Origin: Candidatus Iainarchaeum sp.
GTDB lineage: Archaea; Iainarchaeota; Iainarchaeia; Iainarchaeales; JAZDDZ01
Direction of reading: 5' to 3'
Length of the DNA stretch: 64,000 bases
NCBI GenBank assembly: GCA_043809245.1
Contig: JAZDDZ010000049.1
Location: forward strand, 13,864-77,863
Shown here: positions 8,613-19,008 of the stretch, piece after piece
How positions within the stretch are numbered: the first letter of the stretch is position 1
How the letters are laid out: every line of letters begins with the position of its first letter
The notes under the pieces: generated by a model
Told to the model about the DNA's origin: nothing
What the model saw: only the letters and a program-made list of their open reading frames with translations
Databases searched by the model: none
Translations under genes and position numbers: made by a program

Positions 8613-9202
8613 CCTTTGCTCACCACTGCTTTGATATGGATTCCAACAACGTCTCTTAATTTGAAATAAGTATTTACTTCCATTGCTTTCCTGAGCAGTG
8701 CCTTAATTTTCTTGAACTTTTTTTCATCATCTTCTTCGTGCACACCAAGCGGATAACTTTCCATAATAAGCTGGTAAAACATGTTCCTTATGGTCTTCTG
8801 TACTAAAACTTCATGCCTTTTTGTATAGTGTCTAATATATGCTTCGAATTCTTCGGCTTCTTTGTCTGAAAATTCTTCCATCAGCAGTTTCCATTTTCCC
8901 CATATCTTAATATAGCGAAATTCCTCAAACAAAAAGTGCGAAAAGTATACTGCAAGTCGGCTATAGTCTATATAGTAGCGATTTTCTTTTTGCCCCGGCA
9001 CTTTTTCAATGCTTACAATGCCACGACTTTCAAGATTGTTCATTTTTCTTAGAATATTTTTCCTTTCAACAGTTTTTTTACTTTTTAACAAATCCGAAGT
9101 TGTAATTTGTTTTTTCTCGAGGACTGTTTTAAACAGGATTGCGTATTCTGGGTTGTCATTCAGATTTGGCCTTGTCATATCTTCCCACTTATAATAAGAC
9201 AA
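8609..9202 (-). CDS. Hypothetical protein with an N-terminal winged-HTH-like segment (197 aa), first gene of the operon
   Basis: ITTSDLLKSKKTVERKNILRKMNNLESRGIVSIEKV resembles a wHTH recognition helix plus wing. Confidence 0.4.
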   Translation of the reverse strand: MSYYKWEDMTRPNLNDNPEYAILFKTVLEKKQITTSDLLKSKKTVERKNILRKMNNLESRGIVSIEKVPGQKENRYYIDYSRLAVYFSHFLFEEFRYIKIWGKWKLLMEEFSDKEAEEFEAYIRHYTKRHEVLVQKTIRNMFYQLIMESYPLGVHEEDDEKKFKKIKALLRKAMEVNTYFKLRDVVGIHIKAVVSKG

Positions 9203-9524
9203 AGTGAGAACCTATTAAAAAAGGTATCCTTTGATTCATACTTTTCTATGGACATAACAACAATAAAGATTCATAGAGAGACCTTGGGACTTCTAAAAGA
9301 ACATAAACCTGTCGGGTGCAGTTATGACTATTTTTTGAAGCAGTTGCTGCGTCTTTGTGAAAAGAAAGGTGATTAGGTGCTCATTCAAGACCATGAAAAG
9401 ACTTCATTCAAATGTTGTCGCTGTGGCAAAAAAGCAGTCTTGGACTTTGACCTGAATTTCTATTGCAAGTGCTGTGTTCTGCAATTGCTTTCCGCTATTA
9501 TCCACGACTTGCAGAGGCTGGAGC

Positions 9525-10388
9525 ATGAAAAATGATACATTTTTGCCCGAACAAAAAAGCCGAACAGCCCCAATACGCAGAGCAGACTTGCGAGTCCTTT
9601 TTACTATCAGAAAGGGAATAAATTCGGTAACGATGATTTCAAAGGAGATTGGGCGAGGCAAGTCTTCCGTGTCTGAACGGCTGGGAAAGCTTGTTAAGCA
9701 GGAGCTCGTAAAAAAGAAAGATTCGCTCTTTTACCTTACTACACCCGGCAAAATGGCTTGTTCGGCTTTGGCAGGACTACCTTGCAATAAACCTATTGTT
9801 TTCCGTTTGCATAAGTATACTTCCTCTGCTCCTTTTTTGAGGAAGTCTGCTGAATTGGAGGCACAGTTAGCTTCAGATAAGCGATTCTCAAGGAATTATT
9901 GTTTTGATAGAGCTAAGTTTAATGCAAAGTACGATTCTGTTACCGTTCAGTTTCATCCAAATTCTGTTAGCTTTGTATTGCCCCCTGTTTATTCCCCTGA
10001 TTTAATTATCGCTGAAGCTTATGCTGTTAGGTTGTTGAATGCGGTTATTGATTTGCTTGAGCAGGATTTTCCCGGGACTAAGATTGGAGTTCCTAAGGTA
10101 ACTTCACATCTTGATGATAACCATATTGCTGTTGTTAATCATCCTCTTTCTATTGAATTTGCCAAGTTTCGTGAGAATTTTGGTGAGACATACTGCTTCA
10201 AAGGGGATAAAATCGAAGTTGATTTTTCCGATGGCTCTGTTGAATTGGAGTGTGTTGACAAGCTCAATGCGAAGGAGGATTGCTATAAATTGGCAAGATT
10301 TTGTAATCTTCTAGTAACTGGGGATAATTTCAAGAAGTTTGAGGCATTGCTCCAGAACCTTGATTCTTTTGGTAATATTGAGAAGTAA
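9525..10388 (+). CDS. wHTH-containing protein (about 287 aa) upstream of the terminase-like gene
   Basis: ADLRVLFTIRKGINSVTMISKEIGRGKSSVSERLGKLVKQELV is MarR/ArsR-like. The track ORF starts at 9474; the internal Met at 9525 is more likely. Confidence 0.4.
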   Translation: MKNDTFLPEQKSRTAPIRRADLRVLFTIRKGINSVTMISKEIGRGKSSVSERLGKLVKQELVKKKDSLFYLTTPGKMACSALAGLPCNKPIVFRLHKYTSSAPFLRKSAELEAQLASDKRFSRNYCFDRAKFNAKYDSVTVQFHPNSVSFVLPPVYSPDLIIAEAYAVRLLNAVIDLLEQDFPGTKIGVPKVTSHLDDNHIAVVNHPLSIEFAKFRENFGETYCFKGDKIEVDFSDGSVELECVDKLNAKEDCYKLARFCNLLVTGDNFKKFEALLQNLDSFGNIEK

Positions 10389-10397
10389 TAGGTAACA

Positions 10398-11948
10398 GTG
10401 ATTTTCGTGGACTGGACTCCTGAGCGAATTGACAAATTCTCGGAGCTGTTGGCCGAGGGCAAGGATTTGAGTTACGTTGCTGATTATTTTGGCGTAAGTT
10501 ATGTTGCTGCAAAGCAAGCCAAGTACTTCCATAGCTTGAAGGATAGGTTAAAGCCTGGAAGAAAGAATGTCAAATTGAAACAGGCCAAGGAGCTTAATAA
10601 GTGTGATTTGGCTACTCGAATTCGCGTGCTCCGTGGCGAGGAAGTGCGAAAAGAAGAGGCGGTTTTTGGTTTTTCAGATGACCAGTTAAAGGAATGGTTT
10701 GACGGAGCAAGTGGAGTAGCTAAATTCTGTCAGGACGTTCTTGGATTAGAATTGCAGCCTTATCAGCTTGAAATGATTGAATTAATGCTTTCCCATAAGC
10801 GTTGTTGTTTTGTTCTTGGAAGGCAGTCGGGGAAGGATTTCACTATTTCGTGTTTTGTTTTGTGGTTGGCTTTAGTGCATTCCAATCAAAGAATTTTATT
10901 GGTTTCCGCGGCTCAAAGGCAGAGCGATTTGTTGTTTAACCGAATAATGCAGTTTATTGCCAATTCAACCGAGTTGTTTGACTCCGTGCAAAAATCAAAC
11001 ATGGAAGTAATCCAGTTCACTAATGCATCAGAGGTTTATTCTCTTCCAAGCACTACCTTTATTCGCGGTTTTACAGAGGTAACCCATGTTTTTCTCAACG
11101 AAGCAGCTCATGGAATCACAGAGGAAGCGCTTCAGGCCGTTGAACCAATGCTTGCAATCAAGCACGGCGCGCTGATAATGATGAGCTCTCCTTTGGGCAC
11201 TTCTGGCGTGCTCTGGGATGCCTTCAATAACCCAATGTACGCAAAATTAAAGCTCCCCAGCTCCGTTAACAAGTATATTTCTAAAGAATGGCTTGAAGAG
11301 CAAAGAAAAACCATGTCATCAATTGCCTACGAATGCGAAATAGAGGCTAATTTCTCCCAAGCAATCGACTCTTTCTTTAAAATTGAAACAATCAAAGCTT
11401 GCTCTCAAGAGTACGCACTACGAAGCACTTGCCCAAAAGAAGACGGCAAAAACTATTTCGCCGGCATTGACTGGGGTCGAATACAAGATTCAAGCGCTAT
11501 AACCATTATTTCTAAATACCAAGAAGACCAGTTAAAAGTTGAAGCAATAATTGAAATGTTCAACACTCCGTTTAAAGCCCAAGAAGAAAGAATCAAATCA
11601 CTCTACAAAGAATGGGGCTTGGAAAGAATAGTATCCGAATACGCCGGTTTAAGCATTAATTCCTGTGAAAACCTAAAAACTGCTGGCCTAAGTGTAGAAT
11701 TCTTCAAACCCACAATTGATTCCAAAGCCGAAGCCTACAATTACTTACTCAACAAAATGGAAAACGGGGCAATAACAATCCCCCTGCACGACAAACTCCA
11801 ATACGAGTTAAGAGTATTCAAATTCCAGTTAACCATGCAAGGAAAAATGAAACTCCACCACACAGAAGGCGGGTCAGACGACTTCGTAGACTCCTTATGC
11901 TATGCTGTTTGGGCAACTAAATCAAAATTTATTTGTGCACTGGTGTGA
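10398..11948 (+). CDS. Terminase large subunit-like protein (N-terminal HTH, P-loop ATPase, C-terminal RNase-H-like nuclease)
   Basis: Walker A VLGRQSGKDFT. Walker B/catalytic HVFLNEAAH. The C-terminal acidic cluster AGIDWGRIQDSSAITI plus SDDFVDS is typical of the TerL nuclease. Confidence 0.6.
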   Translation: MIFVDWTPERIDKFSELLAEGKDLSYVADYFGVSYVAAKQAKYFHSLKDRLKPGRKNVKLKQAKELNKCDLATRIRVLRGEEVRKEEAVFGFSDDQLKEWFDGASGVAKFCQDVLGLELQPYQLEMIELMLSHKRCCFVLGRQSGKDFTISCFVLWLALVHSNQRILLVSAAQRQSDLLFNRIMQFIANSTELFDSVQKSNMEVIQFTNASEVYSLPSTTFIRGFTEVTHVFLNEAAHGITEEALQAVEPMLAIKHGALIMMSSPLGTSGVLWDAFNNPMYAKLKLPSSVNKYISKEWLEEQRKTMSSIAYECEIEANFSQAIDSFFKIETIKACSQEYALRSTCPKEDGKNYFAGIDWGRIQDSSAITIISKYQEDQLKVEAIIEMFNTPFKAQEERIKSLYKEWGLERIVSEYAGLSINSCENLKTAGLSVEFFKPTIDSKAEAYNYLLNKMENGAITIPLHDKLQYELRVFKFQLTMQGKMKLHHTEGGSDDFVDSLCYAVWATKSKFICALV

Positions 11949-11951
11949 GGA

Positions 11952-12302
11952 ATGCAAGATTTCAAGCGATTAGAAGTTTGGAAGAGGGCCCATAATTTTG
12001 TTTTGGATATTTATAAAGCCACTGAATTTTTTCCAAAAAGCGAAAAATTTGGCATGATTTCACAAATTAGGCGAGCCTCTGCTTCAATTGTTGCAAACAT
12101 TTGTGAAGGCTGCGGCCGGGAAAGCAAAAGAGAATTTCAGAGATTTCTTTTCATTTCACTTGGATCTGCAAAAGAAACAGAAGGATTTCTACTATTAGCT
12201 GAAGATTTAGGTTATTGCAAAGAAAAAAGGTTGATTGAAGAATTACAAATTATAAGCAGAATGCTTAGCGGACTCATTAAGAGTCTTAACCAAAACAGTT
12301 AA
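11952..12302 (+). CDS. Four-helix-bundle protein (TIGR02436 family, formerly called 23S rRNA intervening-sequence protein)
   Basis: NICEG...SKREFQRFLFISLGSAKE..EGFLLLAEDLGY matches this family closely. Confidence 0.7.
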   Translation: MQDFKRLEVWKRAHNFVLDIYKATEFFPKSEKFGMISQIRRASASIVANICEGCGRESKREFQRFLFISLGSAKETEGFLLLAEDLGYCKEKRLIEELQIISRMLSGLIKSLNQNS

Positions 12303-12392
12303 AGAAAATTGCACGCGATTGAAATGAGCGGGGATCCTTCTTGTTAAGCCAGTAGAAGGCCGCTTATTAAAAACGTCTAAAAAGATGCCAGT

Positions 12393-14993
12393 TCATTTAT
12401 AGCCTAACTTTTTCTTTACCTTTGCTAAATTACCCCAATATGAAAAGCAGGCGGATACTAACGAACCAAAACCATTTTTGATTAATTTTTTAGCAGTTAA
12501 TCTTCCCTTGATTTCTTTACTTGCTTTTTTAAATTCTTTCTTTACGTTCGCCCATTTTTTCCAATAATTGGCCTCTTTATGTAACACTCCTTTTTTACCA
12601 AATCGGCCATATTTCAAACCACACATTTTTGCAACAACCCCAAAACCACCAAACTTCAATATTGCGGACTCTAAATCTTGCTGTCCAGATTTTCTTAATT
12701 CCCTGGATGTCGGCATAATCCTGGCTTTTGCAATTTTTTTTATTTCCTTAATTAGTTCCTTCTTTGTCCAAATTCTCCGTACTATTGGGCAACCTATTAT
12801 CCTTCTTGCCTCATTAACGCTGCCAAAAAACCGATAGATCTTTGGGTAGAGTCCGCTTTTACCTGACTTCCTTGCTTCTTCTTGTGTTATAAAATGGCCT
12901 TGCTTGTCGTAAAACGCCTTTAATTCTGCGACAACTTCTTCCTTTGCCCAATGCTTTCTTATAATTGGATAACCCATTTTTTCTCGTACTGTATTAATGC
13001 TGCCATAATGTTTTACTGCATGAGCGTATAACTTATATTTGCCTAATTTTTTGAACTCAGTTTCTTTTGGAAAATGTTTTATTTCCTTTATAATTTTATT
13101 GAAATCTCTCTCAATATTTTCCCAAATAGCATAACTACCTCTCTTTGTGTAATATGTGATGGGATAACCGCACTTATCTGAAAAATAAAATGGCCCTCCA
13201 TTTCTATCAATAGCAACTATAAGGTCAAACCGTTTAGCTTCTTCCAAGTGCTTTCTTGATGGGAAACGCCCTAACCTTTTACAAATCGGGGTTAGCCCCT
13301 CAATTATCTCCTGCTCTGTCCACCCATCAGATTTTATTAAGTGCTTTTTCAGGAATGCCATTTCTTCAAGGAATGATTTTTTCTTATACAATTTTTCGTT
13401 GTGTTTTACTCTCTTACCCGCTTGATAGAAATCTAATTCCAATGGCTCAAGTAAACCAGTTTCTTTATGTATTTTACCTTTATGAATGTTGGATAGTTTT
13501 TTTTCTTTCTCGACCTTTTCAACAAAGTCTTGAATTATTAATAGGTGCCCGAATGCATTAATTACTTTTTTAATCTTGGTTACAGTTCCAACGAAATCTA
13601 AAACCCGCAAATAATTTTTTCCAGAAGCTTTTCTTAATCCCCGACCCAATTGCTGGAAAAAAATTGTGGGGCTATAAGTTGTCCGTAAGAAAACAACCAA
13701 GTTGGCACCAGGAATGTCAATGCCTTCATTGAATAAATCGACCACTAAAATTGTTCTTATTTTTCCCGTTTTAAACCTGTGAAAAATTATCTCTCGTTTT
13801 TGATCATCCATATTGGAATGATAAACTTCCGCGTCTGAAAACAAACCAATTGATTTAACGGAGTTAATATACTTTATTGTTGGGCAAAAAACAATTGTTT
13901 TTGGGTTATCAATTTTGTTCATCTCCCCGTAAATTATTTTTTCAATATCTTCGTCTTTTGTGGGAATAAAAAATTGTTTATTCAACTGCTCCACGGAAAG
14001 CTTTTTGTTTATCGTTTTGAGTTTAGCATAGTCGATGTTGTCAGAAAAAACAGAAAATTTTACAGGAGACAAATAACCTCTAATTAATGATTCAGCTAAA
14101 CCCAAATCAACTAATGGTTTTCCGAAAATACTTTCAATGAATTCATTGTCTTTTCGTGCAGCTCTAAGCGGAGTTGCAGTAATTCCGAGAATAAATTTCG
14201 GCTTGAAATAGGATAATATGTTAGCATAAGTTTGCGCAGGAGAATGGTGTGCTTCATCGATTATGATATAATCAAAATAATCTTTCGAGATTTTTTTGTA
14301 ATGTCTTTTCATTGTCTGGAATGTTGAGAAAACAATATCCTCTTTCCGGAACTTTTTTCCCCCAAAATAAACGCCGAATTTGAACTTTCCTTTTTTCTCA
14401 TTTAGTATGAAGTTAAATTTTTCAGCATTATCAACAAGAATGTCAGTTCGGTGAACCAAAAACAAGGCCTTTTGTCCTTTCTTAATTTGGCTTTTTAAAT
14501 CCCAGGCCGCAACCAATGTTTTACCTAAACCTGTTGCCAAAACCAATAATGCTGCTTTGTTGCCTTTTTCTCTGTGTTCAATAAGGCAGTTTAAAATCTT
14601 TTGTTGATATGGAAACGGCCTATACTTTACAGATTTGGATTTAAATTTTTTCCATTCTTTTAATTCTTCCAAGCCGATTAAATCGATAGGTTTATCGAAT
14701 TTATTTTTTGCCTTGTAAACGGCTTTGGAAAAAACAGTGTCACAGACCAACATTCCTCTATCTGCTTTATAAAAATCCATTGCAGCTGAAACATCCTTTA
14801 ACGCGCTATATCCCACAGTTCCTTTGTATTTTTTGCATTGAACAACATATTCTAAACCATCCTTTAAAGCTAAAATATCGGCACCATAATCGCTTGAAGC
14901 CTTTGTAACCTTAACGTGGTAAAAGCCCTGAGCCTTCAGCTTCTCAGCTACATACTTTTCGAAATCAAAACCAGCCTTCTGTGCTGTCGTCAT
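12393..14993 (-). CDS. Single-polypeptide Mrr-like PD-(D/E)xK nuclease + SF2 (DEAH) helicase + four or five C-terminal homing-endonuclease-associated (HNH_repeat-like) repeats
   Basis: The N-terminus DYGADILALKDGLEYVVQCKKY is the Mrr_cat motif. Helicase motifs I, II and VI are ATGLGKT, IIIDEAHH and QQLGRGLR. The C-terminal 300 aa consist of about 55-aa repeats with W...fGS...A...G periodicity. Confidence 0.75.
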   Translation of the reverse strand: MTTAQKAGFDFEKYVAEKLKAQGFYHVKVTKASSDYGADILALKDGLEYVVQCKKYKGTVGYSALKDVSAAMDFYKADRGMLVCDTVFSKAVYKAKNKFDKPIDLIGLEELKEWKKFKSKSVKYRPFPYQQKILNCLIEHREKGNKAALLVLATGLGKTLVAAWDLKSQIKKGQKALFLVHRTDILVDNAEKFNFILNEKKGKFKFGVYFGGKKFRKEDIVFSTFQTMKRHYKKISKDYFDYIIIDEAHHSPAQTYANILSYFKPKFILGITATPLRAARKDNEFIESIFGKPLVDLGLAESLIRGYLSPVKFSVFSDNIDYAKLKTINKKLSVEQLNKQFFIPTKDEDIEKIIYGEMNKIDNPKTIVFCPTIKYINSVKSIGLFSDAEVYHSNMDDQKREIIFHRFKTGKIRTILVVDLFNEGIDIPGANLVVFLRTTYSPTIFFQQLGRGLRKASGKNYLRVLDFVGTVTKIKKVINAFGHLLIIQDFVEKVEKEKKLSNIHKGKIHKETGLLEPLELDFYQAGKRVKHNEKLYKKKSFLEEMAFLKKHLIKSDGWTEQEIIEGLTPICKRLGRFPSRKHLEEAKRFDLIVAIDRNGGPFYFSDKCGYPITYYTKRGSYAIWENIERDFNKIIKEIKHFPKETEFKKLGKYKLYAHAVKHYGSINTVREKMGYPIIRKHWAKEEVVAELKAFYDKQGHFITQEEARKSGKSGLYPKIYRFFGSVNEARRIIGCPIVRRIWTKKELIKEIKKIAKARIMPTSRELRKSGQQDLESAILKFGGFGVVAKMCGLKYGRFGKKGVLHKEANYWKKWANVKKEFKKASKEIKGRLTAKKLIKNGFGSLVSACFSYWGNLAKVKKKLGYK

Positions 14994-15148
14994 CTTAAAG
15001 CAAATTTCATCAAAAACGAGTTTAAAATGATTTGTTATTGACTGTTCTCCCGCCTTAAAAAAGCCTAAATACGAGCCTCAATTCATAGATGGCAAAGAGC
15101 GGAAAGATAATTAAATTCAACAAAAAGCAGCAGCATTATTATTTTTGT

Positions 15149-15913
15149 TTAATTTTGCCTGCTGCCTAAATTTTTTCTAAGGCTATCTTCTATTATTTTT
15201 TTAGAAACGCGTTTTCTCATCTCAACAGTCAGGCGTTCCGAGTCGACGCCATTATCACTCATGAACTCCAAAATGCCCTTGGAAGTAAATTCCCCATATT
15301 TATTAATGAGCTCTGACTCGGAGATACCTTGAGCACATTCAATCAATTTACTTTCTTTTAATCTGCCTAAAAAACCAACAAGGACTTTGCTTGAATTCAT
15401 ATATTGGTTTATAGGAATAAGCTGATCCCAGAAAAATAAGGCGGAAAATTTTTTATCGCTAAAATATTCTTCATCAAGACCTTTCAATGCAGTACACCAT
15501 CTGCTTTTTTTAAAATCTGGTTCGCATGGCGTAAGTGGCCACGCTTTACATAACAAAGGCCGGTATTTATAGATTCCACACTTATTATTTGACAAAGCAG
15601 GACATGGCTGACCTAAAAGCTTCCAAAGTTGAACAATTCTTGTTTTACTTTTTAAGTCAAAAAGGTATACTTCTGGGATTAATTCGGCTTTAATGGAATT
15701 TTCGTTTAATCCTTTTTTTACGGTTTCTCTTTCAAAATCAGTCAGTATAGTGCCAGGCTTAATGGCTGGCGGCATATAAACTGGGCCATACTGAAATTTT
15801 TTTATTTTTTCATCATCTTCTTGTTCGGTTTTCAAAATATCTTCGTTGCAACAGCGCCCGCATTTTACACAGGAAAATCGCGCTAAATTCTTGGCCATAT
15901 AAAATACTCGCAA
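15149..15913 (-). CDS. YkgJ/UPF0153 family Fe-S/Zn-cluster protein (CxxCxxCC)
   Basis: The N-terminus FSCVKCGRCCNE is the family signature. Additional conserved Cys residues are present. Confidence 0.55.
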   Translation of the reverse strand: MRVFYMAKNLARFSCVKCGRCCNEDILKTEQEDDEKIKKFQYGPVYMPPAIKPGTILTDFERETVKKGLNENSIKAELIPEVYLFDLKSKTRIVQLWKLLGQPCPALSNNKCGIYKYRPLLCKAWPLTPCEPDFKKSRWCTALKGLDEEYFSDKKFSALFFWDQLIPINQYMNSSKVLVGFLGRLKESKLIECAQGISESELINKYGEFTSKGILEFMSDNGVDSERLTVEMRKRVSKKIIEDSLRKNLGSRQN

Positions 15914-15950
15914 GAAAAAGGTTAAAATCTGTTGTACAATTAATTCACAG

Positions 15951-17027
15951 TTATCTTAATGTGACTGTTTTGCTTGTTGAAGCCACTGCTTGAATTGCTA
16001 CGCCAGATTTTAAATTAACCTTCAAAGTATACGTTCCGGGCGAGATTTCTGTTTTGTTATCATACCCAATATAAGTTGCCTTGTAAATTCCATCATAACC
16101 TACTGGAATTTCAGATAAAGCATAGCTTTGTTCATCCACATCTCTGCTCAGTACTTGGTCGCCTTCATATATATAAAAATCAAACATAGGATTTTGAAGA
16201 ATGGCTTCTCCGTTATTTTTTATTCCAATCTTTACGTAATCTAAAAAGCATTCATTGTTGTAACATGTCGGGTTATAATCTACTATGCTCAATTCTATCT
16301 GGAATCCTTCTTTTACCAATTCTAAGGCTTTTTCTTCTTTTGGAATATCCATCTCTAAGTAGCTCTGCCTTTCCAAAATATCATATTCGAACTTAGAGTT
16401 GATTTGCTTAATATCCTCTTCAGAAAAACCTTTAAGGCGCTCAAGTTCTTGTTTATCCAAATTTATAATTTGCTGATACAATTCTATAAATTTTTCTTCA
16501 TCATTTTCTACTGCGGTTTTTTCAACCAACGCGTTTCTATTTACATTCCATTCTCTTCTATCGCGCCTATACTTAACATAGGTTTTCTCTAAATTAACAT
16601 CAAAGCTACCTTCTAATTCCGAAACAGCTCTTTCCATCTGCTCAATCTTAGTCAGTATGAAATCATAGTCAATTAAAGCGCTCTCTTTATCGTATTCCGC
16701 AGATTCTGCGTCTAAAAACTTTATAATATCCTTGTACTGCTTGGTTTCCTCCAACTTCTGCTTAGCACAAGTATTTACTTTTTGTCCTCCTGATTCTAAT
16801 TCTTTACAATCAAAAAATTGCGGGCATGCAACATCCAAACAACAATTTTCGGCAATCTCCCCGGGCTCTGCAATTCCATTACCGCAAATAGCGTTCGCGC
16901 TTAGGTCTGATGAAGGCAAACTATTATCGCTGTTAGACAATGCAGCCGGCGAGCCTACATCTTGTGTGCACCCGCTGAGAATCAACAATAAAATAAATGC
17001 CGGAACAACTAATTTCAGGCCAAGCAT
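15951..17027 (-). CDS. Secreted lipoprotein, function unknown
   Basis: Signal peptide with a lipobox-like LLILSGCTQD. Acidic and coiled-coil-rich. Confidence 0.5.
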   Translation of the reverse strand: MLGLKLVVPAFILLLILSGCTQDVGSPAALSNSDNSLPSSDLSANAICGNGIAEPGEIAENCCLDVACPQFFDCKELESGGQKVNTCAKQKLEETKQYKDIIKFLDAESAEYDKESALIDYDFILTKIEQMERAVSELEGSFDVNLEKTYVKYRRDRREWNVNRNALVEKTAVENDEEKFIELYQQIINLDKQELERLKGFSEEDIKQINSKFEYDILERQSYLEMDIPKEEKALELVKEGFQIELSIVDYNPTCYNNECFLDYVKIGIKNNGEAILQNPMFDFYIYEGDQVLSRDVDEQSYALSEIPVGYDGIYKATYIGYDNKTEISPGTYTLKVNLKSGVAIQAVASTSKTVTLR

Positions 17028-17087
17028 AATAGCAAGTTATTGCTACGAAAATCATATAAATATGTTATGAGCGTGTTATGATAGTAT

Positions 17088-17360
17088 TTGAATGGGCCTG
17101 CAGCCTCTATTTTAATGTACGAAGAAATAGCTGGCCTCAAACGGAGCAAGACAAAAATAGACATTCTCAAAAGGCTTGCATCAAAGCCCATGACGCCAAC
17201 GGAGCTATCAAAAGAGCTTAAGCTCCACCAGTCAAGCATCTCACGGAGCATTAAACAGCTTGAACAGCAAAAACTAGTGGAATGCTTAACGCCAAAACAA
17301 TACAACTATAGGCATTATCAGGCAACAGAGAAAGGAAAAAAAATTCTGAAACAAATTTAA
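17088..17360 (+). CDS. Small winged-helix transcriptional regulator (ArsR/MarR-like)
   Basis: KTKIDILKRLASKPMTPTELSKELKLHQSSISRSIKQLEQQKLV is a classic wHTH. Confidence 0.55.
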   Translation: MNGPAASILMYEEIAGLKRSKTKIDILKRLASKPMTPTELSKELKLHQSSISRSIKQLEQQKLVECLTPKQYNYRHYQATEKGKKILKQI

Positions 17361-17364
17361 TTTG

Positions 17365-19008
17365 TTATCCTTTTAATCTTTCTCCACAAGAAGTGCAGAA
17401 ATTTACTGTTGCTTTTTGTTGCGAGTTACATTTCGGGCAAATTATAGCGTTAACATTTGTTGGCGCTTGTTGTGGTTTCAAATAAAAGAAATAAGCTGCT
17501 ACTCCCACTAATCCGACTATAATTAAAACAATAATAATCGGCAATGCGGAAGATAGCGAGTTCTCAGAGCTTAGAACCGCCGATCCAGTATTAGGCAGTG
17601 CTGAAGCTTCAGATCCTTCAGCAATAACTTTTACCGGTTCACAGCTATCCTTGCATTGACCCACATAACTTCCTTCTGCTTTACAGCATTCTTGCCCAGA
17701 TGCACAATCTTGTGCTTTATAATTTCTGCCTTCAGAGCAACAACTGCTATAAGGACAATCCTGCAAGGTATAACGTGCCTTACAGCCTTCAGTTCTATTG
17801 CAAACCTCGTTAGGCCCACATTCTGAATCTGAACAACATAACACTTTATTTGTTGATTTAGTACATGAGCCATTTTTACTGGGCCAAATTTTATGAGTTA
17901 AATCACAACTCCAGATTGTTTCAGTATTATTTAGACATGTCACTTGTCCTGGAACTTGACAATCTATATCTGTGTCACAAGGTTTTGAATCAGTACATGA
18001 AAAAGTATTTGGATCGCATAATAATGCTCCTGTGGGGTCTTTCCACTTACAATCTTCATTATAACAGCATTCAACAACACTTTTGACGCTTGTGGGAATT
18101 AAATAGCACGCCCCCGACACAGTATCTATTTTAGAAAAGGACATCAAATTCCTATTCCCTGGAGAGCCGCCCATACAATAGCCATTTGGCATATTATCTT
18201 TATCATAAATAATTCCTATATCCGGTATTATTTTCCAGCCAGATAAAAAGGTATAAGTTTCACCAGCATGTAAATTTGTTGGATTATTCGCGAATGAATA
18301 TGAAATCTGATTTATTGATTTATACTGGCCACTTAGACTTTTTGTAGTGGTAGAAGTCTCAAAATAAGTAGTAGGTAAATTTTCTGAAACTGCTTTTTGC
18401 GGATAATATTTTGAAACAAAATCGGTTGGGACACAACCCACAGTACCTGGCATCATAACGAAATTTGTAGTATTGTCTGGATTTTCATACAAATAGATTT
18501 TTCTGGTATCAACTTTTATTTTAGATCCTGATCTGAGTGGGTGTTCATCTCCCAGAACTCCAATGCAAGTTCCGACTATTTTCAAAGTTTTCGGGTATCC
18601 AAAGGTTATTGGGAAGCCGCCAATCTGTTTTTCCTTTAAATCTTTGTAGTATCTTCTCCATACAATATTATCTCCGTCTAAAATTCTTAAGTCAAGCCGC
18701 CATAAAAAATCTTCACAAAATTTATTATTGGGATCATTCAAAGAACGACCTTCTGGATCTGTTATTGATGAGCGGTCTGATATATTGCATTGTGACACGC
18801 AAGGAAGGTCCACTACAGATGAAGTTGCACCAGTTTGAATTTCATATTCTGGATAGTCGTATTGTTCAGTATTCGCAGAATCACACAATACCACCCCGAA
18901 GACTGGTGCAGCGATTGAACAGTGCTCATTCTCTGCTAAAACTAAAAAATTGAATATCAAAATAAAAATAAGCAAAATCAATAATTTTTTCATATTTTTT
19001 CCCCGCAT
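17365..19008 (-). CDS. Cys-rich secreted protein with a C-terminal TM anchor and cytoplasmic double zinc ribbon
   Basis: Signal peptide. More than 40 Cys in the ectodomain. A C-terminal TM helix is followed by CPKCNSQQKATVNFCTSCGERL. Confidence 0.5.
   Translation of the reverse strand: MRGKNMKKLLILLIFILIFNFLVLAENEHCSIAAPVFGVVLCDSANTEQYDYPEYEIQTGATSSVVDLPCVSQCNISDRSSITDPEGRSLNDPNNKFCEDFLWRLDLRILDGDNIVWRRYYKDLKEKQIGGFPITFGYPKTLKIVGTCIGVLGDEHPLRSGSKIKVDTRKIYLYENPDNTTNFVMMPGTVGCVPTDFVSKYYPQKAVSENLPTTYFETSTTTKSLSGQYKSINQISYSFANNPTNLHAGETYTFLSGWKIIPDIGIIYDKDNMPNGYCMGGSPGNRNLMSFSKIDTVSGACYLIPTSVKSVVECCYNEDCKWKDPTGALLCDPNTFSCTDSKPCDTDIDCQVPGQVTCLNNTETIWSCDLTHKIWPSKNGSCTKSTNKVLCCSDSECGPNEVCNRTEGCKARYTLQDCPYSSCCSEGRNYKAQDCASGQECCKAEGSYVGQCKDSCEPVKVIAEGSEASALPNTGSAVLSSENSLSSALPIIIVLIIVGLVGVAAYFFYLKPQQAPTNVNAIICPKCNSQQKATVNFCTSCGERLKG

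Noticed and set aside
12400-12900. Possible DNA-level tandem repeat array in the 3' part of the Mrr-helicase gene
   Set aside because: The periodicity is at protein level (about 55-aa HNH-associated repeats). The nucleotide copies are too diverged to call a DNA repeat.
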